A DNA stretch of 62,278 bases, counting the filler, from Globobulimina sp. (Eukaryota), in the NCBI GenBank assembly GCA_003354225.1. It is 33 parts of 33 records of this genome, joined end to end, with 100 filler letters (N's around TTAATTAATTAA, not from the genome) between each part and the next. Parts side by side here need not be neighbours in the genome. Positions count along the whole stretch, not along the records: positions 54,823 to 56,611 come from PIVH01011928.1; positions 56,712 to 58,500 come from PIVH01011929.1; positions 58,601 to 60,389 come from PIVH01011930.1; positions 60,490 to 62,278 come from PIVH01011931.1; 29 more parts are not named here. One strand, written 5' to 3'. Position numbers and translations under genes: made by a program. The notes below the pieces were generated by a model, which saw only the letters and a list, made by a program, of their open reading frames with translations, searched no databases and had not been told where the DNA came from. Below, in pieces: positions 55,005-62,278 of this stretch. Within the stretch, counting starts at the first letter, position 1. Each line of letters starts with the position of its first letter.

Positions 55005-56611
55005 TTAATCATTTCCTTTATGCAAAGTGTTTCTAATCTCAGATTTCTTTGTTTCAATTAATAAATTTAAATATTTGATGCACCGCATAACTTGTTTTAT
55101 TTGCAATTTTGAAGCAGGTATTCGCGTTAAATGATATTCCACTTTGTTTAAAGTGTCAGAGAGCACATTCACATTCACGTCCATCTCTTTCACGTTGATG
55201 TTCTCCAACAAAATAGATATCCATTCTATATATTTTATAGTTGCTTCTTTCAAATCCGCAAAAAAACAAACCAATTGATTCAACAAATCAAAACTAACCA
55301 TATATTTATTTTTATCTTTTAACAACGTCTCAATGTCATATTTATCAAATAACTCAATCACTAAATCATAATTATTTGTTTTCATCATCGCTTCGATGGC
55401 TTTGAAAGGTTGGTTTAAATCACAATATTGCTGCATCAATGACAGTGACTGCTGTCTCTTCTCTTTAATACTAACATTATTATTATGCGACGAGGAACTG
55501 TGTGATATTAAACTTCCCGACGACGCCGATGCAGCTGCGGCCACTTCGGTAATTTCTCGATTGCTCTCATCATTGTTATCCGTCGAGCGACGTGATTTTG
55601 TATTATTATTATTCGCAGTATTATGAATATTCATTTTCAGCTCATATTCGCTCATTAATTCCGATATTTTCCCTTGCAATTCAAGCAAAGGGTTATTACC
55701 ATTCACATTCTCATTGTAAAAGGTACTCGCACTGTCATTTGCTTTTGAATACGACGCATACATTGCATCCGATGACTGTCCCGGCTGTGGTTGGGGCTGT
55801 GGCTGCGGCTGCGGCTGTTGCTGTTGCTGTGGATGTATGTGACTTAAATGCGGTGAATGTTGATTATAATACGGTCGATGTTGCTGTTGCTGATGTTGTT
55901 GTTGCGTATTATTTGTCAACTTATCCAATTGCATTTGTAGCGCCAATATCTTATCATTGAGCATGTCATTATGATGCTGTTGCTGCTGCTGCTGATGATG
56001 TTGATTTTGGTTATACGAATGCATGGGATACAGATTATAATTATTATTCTGATGCTGCGGTCGTTGATGCGTCAATTGCGGAGACGATAAATACGCATAT
56101 TTGCCAGCACCACTCCTTTGAGTTTGACTTTGATTGTGCTGCGTATGCGGCTGTGCCATATACGGATCATTATGATACAAGCGGTCCTGTTTAATATTGG
56201 GATTGTTCCGCTTCATGGATTGCATACTCTGCATCGCATTGGACAGCCCAGCTTGCGACGTCTGTACACTCTTAATCTCATCCACAATATTCTTAAACTG
56301 CTGCTGTATGGAATCGTTGATTTGATTCTGAAACGACTGCGAAATGCTCGTATTTGCATTATTTAGCTCGCGCTGGATCTGCAACAACGCCTTTTGCAGC
56401 TGATTCTTGATGATGTTACTCAACGATTTGTTGATTAACTCCAGCGTTTGCTGCAATTGCTTATGCACTAAATTTGCAATTTGTTCGTTGGCTTTCTCCG
56501 ATAAGATGGCAGACACCGTCTCCTTGTCTGCCACCACCGCATCGCCGCTCTTATCGTCCTGTTTGCTCTCAATTATTTTGTCATGGATCTCATCAAAGGA
56601 CAGTTGGATAT
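55005..56611 (-). CDS. Coiled-coil, Gln-rich protein with a C-terminal helical domain resembling EDC4/Ge-1, 5'-partial
   Basis: KAIEAMMKTNNYDLVIELFDKYD...VSFDLLNQL...IEWI resembles the EDC4 C-terminal pattern by eye. Confidence 0.5.
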
Positions 56612-56711
56612 NNNNNNNNNNNNNNNNNNNNNNNNNNNNNNNNNNNNNNNNNNNNTTAATTAATTAANNNNNNNNNNNNNNNNNNNNNNNNNNNNNNNNN
56701 NNNNNNNNNNN

Positions 56712-58500
56712 TTCGGCGATGGCGCCAATATCCACTGGTTGTATGGGTATTGCCATATTCAACTCTGGATTTGCCTGTACTGTGGCTGTAATTCGTTTAG
56801 CCATACGGATCCAATTTGGTTTATCCATTCCAGACAAATATTGTTGTGCCATTTTGAAGTTTTCTCTATTGACTTTCCGTAGAAATTCTCGGCACATTCG
56901 TCCATCTCTGTTGAACATGAACTCACCTGGTGGATATGCACTATCGAAATAAATTCGAAATACATTAATAAATTCTAAAAACGTCATATTACCCTGTTGA
57001 AGTCTATCGTAAGCATCAGCTGACGCACTTCGAATATTGAACATATTACTGTAACGATCTTTCAATGCACGTAAGGCCATATAGGGACGAAAATCTTCCC
57101 CTTTTTGTTTCTGTATTTGTTTGTATAATTGTCTTGGCTCGCTCCCCAAAAAATCAAATAAATGGTCTTCAAAATAATTATGGTTACCCTGCAATTTACA
57201 TGCAGCGCGCGCTTCGTCGATCCAGGACTCTAAATTTTCGTCCTGCAAACCCAAAAACATTGGAATAATACGATAATCGAATTGTGGACATGGTTTGTCA
57301 ACAAAAATCGTCCGATCGATTTTTTTATCGGTTTTGGTTCCCTTTAAATAATGGTTGTTTTGCAACGCCGTTTCTCGAATTTCTGAACGATCGACTTGAT
57401 TAACTCCACTAGCACCATCTCGATCGCTAAAATTGGACAAACTTGGTTTTCCCCAACTGTCTCTCGCATTGATTCGATTTTCGGGACAACTACAAAAATC
57501 GTTTGGGTTGCTTTCGGCCGGACTGTCATTTTGTAAATTGCCCTGCACCCCTTTCGCATGATAATATTTCTCAAAACCATCCTGACTAGTATCTCGTTGA
57601 CCATTGGTCGAAAGTCCACGTCCCTGACGTGCCTTGGTCACTAATTTAGGCAATACTTGTTCCTGACGGCCCAAGATAATAGGTACCGGCTGACTACGGT
57701 GACTACTGTCCCGTGTCCTGCATGATTGTTCTTGATGGCCTACTGTAATAGGTACCGACTGACTACGGTAACTGCTGTCCCGTGTCCTATGTTCTTCTAA
57801 TAATTTTTTATCTGCTGTGGATATTTTTATTTCAACCTTTATCGGCTGGAGCAACTTTCCCTGTAATTTACCTGGACCATGTCCGGACGGCGATTTGGGA
57901 ATCCGTGAAATATCCTGAAGGGGTCTTGGTGACTCTTGAATGTCTTTGATCGCATTGTTCACCATGGTATTCTTGTCCACATGATCATGTGACGTTAATT
58001 GGGATTGTAATTGATCTGAAAAAAAAGTTTGCGTTACTTGAACGATCGGATCATTAACTAAGGACCGTATTAATTTCTCTGTCGAATTTAATTTACTTTT
58101 CACTTCTGCATTTTCGGTTTCGAGTTGACGCGTACGTTCTAATAAATTTTTATGCATCATATCGCGATTTTGTTCGACAATCGATGACTCTCTACGGTTT
58201 TGCGCATTTGTAAATTTTAACTGCTCGATTTCTTTCCGTAAACGAACGTTTTCTTCGCACGCTTCCACTTCGGTTACTATAACGGGTTGTTCAGCTAAAT
58301 TTGACTGAGTTTGTTGCCTATACGACAGAGCACCCGAATGATCGAAAAAACTCGAAATAACACCCGTAAAGTTGTCTACAAAACCGATTCCGGTCGAAAA
58401 TACAATTGGTTTGCTCGATCCAATCGATGACAATTCTTGTTCAGGATTTTCTTCCTCTTCGGTCAACGCATTTTGCAACTGATCGTTGGGCTTTTTGTTC
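56712..58500 (-). mobile_element. LTR retrotransposon gag-like ORF, partial at both ends
   Basis: IPMFLG...ENLESWI...FLGSEPRQLY...LKDRYS...LQQGNMTFLEFI (capsid/major-homology-like region), preceded by a coiled coil and a 23-aa tandem duplication. Confidence 0.7.
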
Positions 58501-58618
58501 NNNNNNNNNNNNNNNNNNNNNNNNNNNNNNNNNNNNNNNNNNNNTTAATTAATTAANNNNNNNNNNNNNNNNNNNNNNNNNNNNNNNNNNNNNNNNNNNN
58601 GCAACTAAATCCCCATTA

Positions 58619-59116
58619 CTATTTACATTTGTTCCAAAAGGAAAGCCATAAATAATCATCGTTGAGCTGTAAACAATCTATTAATAAATTCAATGATTGA
58701 TTTGAAATACTTCCAATTTGATTAAATAATTTGATTACACTGCACTGTGAGTCAATGTTTTGGTCGCTTTTTAAATTTAGAATTATCATCTTATATTTTG
58801 ATGACAATGTCAATGATGATAGCTCATAAATAATTGAATTATTCCTTTTTGTTTTATGTTTTTTTAAATTGTTTAAAATTAAAATAATTAAATTTAGCCA
58901 TAAACTTGATAAATAAACGTTTTTTATAACAATTTTATACACAGAATCATCAAATAATTCAATACAGTTTGGTGACAAATTAAAGTACTTGTTAATTATT
59001 TCATTATTTTGTTCAATTAGCTTGGTAAAATTAAATAATCCCTTTCGAATTAACATAGCATCGTTAGATTGGATTGTTTGTAAAATTAAACTTAATTTTT
59101 TATTTGAGTCGTTCAT
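58619..59116 (-). CDS. N-terminal exon of a helical-repeat protein resembling URB1/Npa1, 3'-partial
   Basis: KGLFNF...KYFNLSPNCIELF resembles the Npa1 N-terminus; the frame ends at a probable GT donor. Confidence 0.45.
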   Translation of the reverse strand: MNDSNKKLSLILQTIQSNDAMLIRKGLFNFTKLIEQNNEIINKYFNLSPNCIELFDDSVYKIVIKNVYLSSLWLNLIILILNNLKKHKTKRNNSIIYELSSLTLSSKYKMIILNLKSDQNIDSQCSVIKLFNQIGSISNQSLNLLIDCLQLNDDYLWLSFWNKCK

Positions 59117-59229
59117 TGTTGACTGAATTGTTTTTTTTTGCCGCAGCAGCTCACCAGTTATATTTTACATTATGGCGTTTAGAATGTGAATTAAGGAGAT
59201 CATTTATGTGCATTATGGATACTATATTA

Positions 59230-59490
59230 CTTGCAGTGTTTTATTGCATTGTTTGGATTTTTGTCAAAATAGTTATTTCCGTCAAAATAATTATTTCCGA
59301 AATAACTGTTCAAATTATTATTTTGGTGAATATTCAAAATATCCGAGAGATGCTGGCATGATGATATGAAAGAGAGATACCTATAATTATTTTTACCGAA
59401 ATAATTATTTTAACGAAGATAATTATAATAGTAACTATTTTGGCAACCTTGGCTCCAAAACTCTAAAAAAATGCAGTAAAACACGGCAAG
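59230..59490. mobile_element. MITE-like inverted-repeat element
   Basis: CTTGCAGTGTTTTATTGCATT pairs with AATGCAGTAAAACACGGCAAG; internal inverted AAATAATTATTT repeats. Confidence 0.6.
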
Positions 59491-60489
59491 GATTGCCAAG
59501 GATAAAATTAAAAGCTAGTTTTCACGATTTGAAAAAAAACACATTAAAAAAAACCAAACCGTTTCGAAAATAGTAATATTAAAATGTAGAAATATTTAAC
59601 ATTGTCAATATCATTAAACAGAGAGTCATTGTCGCGATCGATCGTTTTCAATAAAATCATAAATTCTAACAATTGTATTATGATTATTATGACATGGTGG
59701 ATAACCCACATTTAATGGACGTAAAACTTTGCAGTTTGGATCTTTGATTAAATGATATATGACTTATTTTGTTTAAATCGTATTCGACTATTCATATTCG
59801 CCATGATTATAGGATATAAATAATTTATTTTGAACTAACATAATAAAATTCCGATAATGCACAAATATTTCATTTCCAATCATTATAAAATGAATTAAGA
59901 TAATTTTTATTTTTTTCAATATAATGATTACATTTTGATTTTACTGATTCACTATGATGCAAATCATCATATATTTCCATTGAAATACATCCAAATAAAC
60001 TTGCATTTGTTGATATTTTCTCAAATTTCAAACTCTGTTTCTTCAATAAATGTCAAATTTTATCCTCATTCTCCAATATATTTAAAATACACATTTCATC
60101 ATTAATAACATTATTTTTTTCAAAATTCTTTTTTTCTTTTTCCGAGTGATCTTAAAAATATATTTTGTGTACCAATCACTGTACATTCTTTCCATTCGGA
60201 TTCATATTTTCGTTTCTTTATAATATTTTGGATATACAATCATTGCTTCATCACCTTTTTTATGATAAAATTGTAACACTTTATAGCATAGTATTAAATG
60301 ATTCATATTACAACCGGTATATTGTGATAAGGAGTATTAAATCAGTATGGTGCAAATTGCAAAAACAATATTGTGACTCTAAACTTTTTNNNNNNNNNNN
60401 NNNNNNNNNNNNNNNNNNNNNNNNNNNNNNNNNTTAATTAATTAANNNNNNNNNNNNNNNNNNNNNNNNNNNNNNNNNNNNNNNNNNNN

Positions 60490-61750
60490 TCTCTGAGAAC
60501 TTTACCTGAGACAGATTTTGATCTATTTCTGTCTTTGGATATCCTCTCCTTAACAGCCTTTCTGTAAATTCAGATCTATAAACTGAGAAATCTTTTTCAT
60601 TAGTGCAATTTCTTAATGCTCTAGTGGCCTCTCCCTTAATGAATCCTTTGAAAACGGAATCTGGATGAGCGGAAGTTCGGTGGAGGTATTGAAATTTGTT
60701 TGTTTTCTTTATATGGATTTTATGGTCTAAGTATCCCGAGTTATAGAATCTAGCACCTTTAAAGATTTCCAAATCCAGGAAGATACATTTTCCTGGTTCA
60801 GCATTCTGTTCAAATTTAAGGGATTCGTGTATTGTATTTGCTTTATTTTCGAATGTTTTTAGATCCTTTAGTGAACCTTGCCATCCGAACAAAATGTCAT
60901 CCCTGTATCTCCACCAAAATCCAATGTTAGTACCAGCTATTTCAAGCAGCTTGCGTTCGACCGGGTGGAATACTATGTCTGCAATTTCGGGACTTGATTT
61001 GCAACCCATGCTTACTCCATATATTTGATGAAATAACTCTCCATTAAATTCAAAACAGTTTCGGAACAGTACAAATTCAAGCATAATTTTCAAACTTGAC
61101 AGTGATAAATTTGACAAATCTTTTAGTCCTTCCCAATTTTTTTCTAAAGCTTCACTTACAACTTTAAGTGCTTCATTTTGCCCGACATTCGTATACATGC
61201 TAGAAATGTCCCAAGTACATAGAAATGTAGATCTTAGTACATGTGTTTCTTGTAACATACTGATAACGTGTGTACTGTCCCGCAGGTAGGTATTTTGATT
61301 TGACGATATCTTTATCAAATAGAAGTCTAGCGTTTCAGCTATACGTTCCAGTGGTGAACTACATTGACTAATTATTGGTCTGCCAGTGTGTGGCGGATTT
61401 TTATGAACTTTTGGCAAAAAATATATTACAGGCGTTCTGACATGGTCCGTAAATTTAGGAGATAACCATTCCATAAATTCGGCTGTAATTTGATTTTTTA
61501 ACAGCAAACTGTGGCTAAAATCGGTGACTAATTTAGCCGTGTCTATGGTTATGTCCTTCGTCACCTTTTTGTAATATTTACTGTTAGATAATTGGCGTTT
61601 AGCTTCAAGCAGGTAAGTTTCCATGTCAAGTATGGTAATCATGCCACCTTTATCGGCCTTTTTTATTATGATTGTCGAATCGTTAGACAGATTTTGTAGT
61701 GTTCTGTTCTCTTTGTCAGAGAAGTTTGGAGTGACCTTGTTGGCATTGAT
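60490..61750 (-). mobile_element. Penelope-like element reverse transcriptase, partial
   Basis: IIIKKADKG, YFLPKVHK, GRPIIS, DISSMYTNV, GVSMG, RYRDDI, FLDLEI and YLHRTSAHP; uninterrupted frame. Confidence 0.92.
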
Positions 61751-61850
61751 CGGGAGATCGGATTCGGCTGCGTAAATCCAGATCTTGGATTGGCTAATTT
61801 CGACAGGATTCTCTCAATTGAGGGAGTCCTGATTTTTCTTTTTGCGGTGA

Positions 61851-62278
61851 TCCGCTCGGCTCCGCACCGAACTGGACCGCAACCACGCCTCCGCCAAACA
61901 GCTCGACGAAATCGAAACCAAACTTCGCTGGGCGACTCTCCTCAAACAACGCATCATGGCGGCAAATCTCCGCACCCTCCTCGCCACCCTCGAAATCCAC
62001 GTCGGCGCCTCACTCCTCAACTCCAACCGTAACGAACTCCTGAAACTCCACCGCCTCGCAATCGTTACCCTCTCCCGAACCGTCGATCAATTCGACCCCG
62101 CCCGCGGCCAACGCTTCGGCATCCTCCTCAGTTTCAATCTCCGTCGCGCCCTCGCCCAATTCGCACCCCAACCGACCGCGCCGACCCAAACCGAAGGGCA
62201 ACCCGCCAAAGCCCGCGCCAAACGCGCCGGCCCCCGCCACCGAGAACTCAGCCTCAACACTCCGCAAAATGTCACCAA
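61851..62278 (+). CDS. GC-rich bacterial fragment encoding a divergent sigma-70 region-2-like sequence (not in the ORF track)
   Basis: Open frame ARLRTELD...KQRIMAANLRTLL...TLSRTVDQFDPARGQRFGILLSFNLRRAL parallels ANLRLV...RAVEKFDPxRGxRFSTYA; strong C-ending codon bias. Confidence 0.65.

Noticed and set aside
1793-60489. Regularly spaced identical TTAATTAATTAA repeats, and apparent gene neighbourhoods across them
   Set aside because: These are artificial linkers in N padding. Adjacent contigs are ordered by length only, so no operon or array can be inferred. ORFs ending in X...LIN are truncated at linkers.
61790-62278. Short ORFs called by the track on both strands
   Set aside because: They are shadows of the stop-free plus-strand frame from 61851, which has coherent codon bias and a sigma-like motif.

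Overview
This window is not one locus. It is 33 unrelated contigs of about 1,789-1,792 bp, sorted by decreasing length and joined by an artificial 100-nt linker (N44-TTAATTAATTAA-N44), so nothing across a linker is linked. Most contigs are AT-rich, gene-dense eukaryotic DNA in the standard code with short (about 58-105 nt) GT-AG introns. The SAM, MATH and Kelch proteins and an NRT2 nitrate transporter suggest a rhizarian protist, probably a foraminifer (inference). Recognisable genes include RPL4, a TMEM163-like CDF transporter, DENND6, a TRP channel, NRT2, a paladin-like phosphatase, PPIL2, an SR protein, BPNT1, a G-protein gamma subunit, an ArsM arsenite methyltransferase, a Cys-less pentameric ligand-gated channel and an AlbA_2/Schlafen-domain protein. 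Mobile DNA includes a degenerate DIRS retroelement, an LTR gag, a Penelope-like RT and several MITEs with target-site duplications. Non-host material comprises a bacteriophage-like contig (5677-7468), a giant-virus-like contig (11352-13142) and a GC-rich bacterial sigma-70-like fragment joined to the last contig. The most notable observations are a SAM-like domain inside a DIRS reverse transcriptase, a shared Cys/Gly tail on two unrelated metal(loid)-handling proteins, the giant-virus contig, a signal-peptide-less Cys-less pLGIC, and an OB-like/AlbA_2 protein. All calls come from reading motifs by eye; no searches were run.
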